Source: a virus
Taxonomy: Duplodnaviria > Heunggongvirae > Uroviricota > Caudoviricetes
Length of the DNA stretch: 64,000 bases
Virus record (IMG/VR): IMGVR_UViG_3300047548_000621
Location: 8,200 to 72,199 of that record
Strand: one strand, 5' to 3'
This document shows positions 63,968-64,000 of this stretch, in pieces. Both the position numbers and the translations under genes were made by a program. Under the pieces are notes generated by a model. That model saw only the letters and a program-made list of their open reading frames with translations, was not told the origin of the DNA and made no database searches. Position 1 is the stretch's first letter. Every line of letters starts with the position of its first letter.

Positions 63968-64000
63968 TAGCTCTTTATACGATGTCCATCTCGTATTGAA

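Overview
This window looks like a segment of a large T4-like (KVP40/Schizotequatrovirus-like) jumbo phage, with almost every gene on the minus strand. It holds four main modules.

- **tRNA array (about 2.9-17.2 kb).** About 40 minus-strand tRNA or tRNA-like genes driven by sigma70/T4-early-type promoters (TTGACA, 17 nt, TATAAT).
  - One is a tRNA-Leu(UAA) split by a 196-nt group I intron at the canonical U34/A35 site.
  - Several tRNAs have non-canonical D and T loops, and several tRNA-like elements are unexplained.
  - Interspersed with the tRNAs are HNH and PD-(D/E)XK homing-endonuclease genes whose 3' ends run into tRNA 5' ends.
  - Also embedded are a tandem pair of B12-binding radical-SAM paralogs and speD.
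- **Auxiliary metabolic block (17-28 kb).** Sulfotransferase-like protein, SGNH hydrolase, AAA+ ATPase, and an NAD+ salvage pair (NadV/NAMPT plus NatV NMNAT-Nudix) bracketing a macro-domain-like protein and a zinc ribbon. It ends with a peroxiredoxin and an isolated candidate suppressor tRNA (CUA).
- **Host-envelope-like island (29-33.7 kb).** TonB-dependent outer-membrane receptor, SPFH/flotillin protein, lipoprotein and a membrane-anchored protein.
- **Structural and nucleotide module (34-62 kb).** A 1048-aa virion protein, PAAR spike tip, glutaredoxin, NrdB flanked by two paralogous unknown genes, NrdA, then a 2321-aa internally repetitive fibre and a family of paralogous tail fibres and a tailspike. 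The window ends with a secreted SNase-like nuclease.

No rRNA and no CRISPR array were seen. All calls come from reading the sequence by eye, so tRNA and CDS coordinates are approximate to a few bases.
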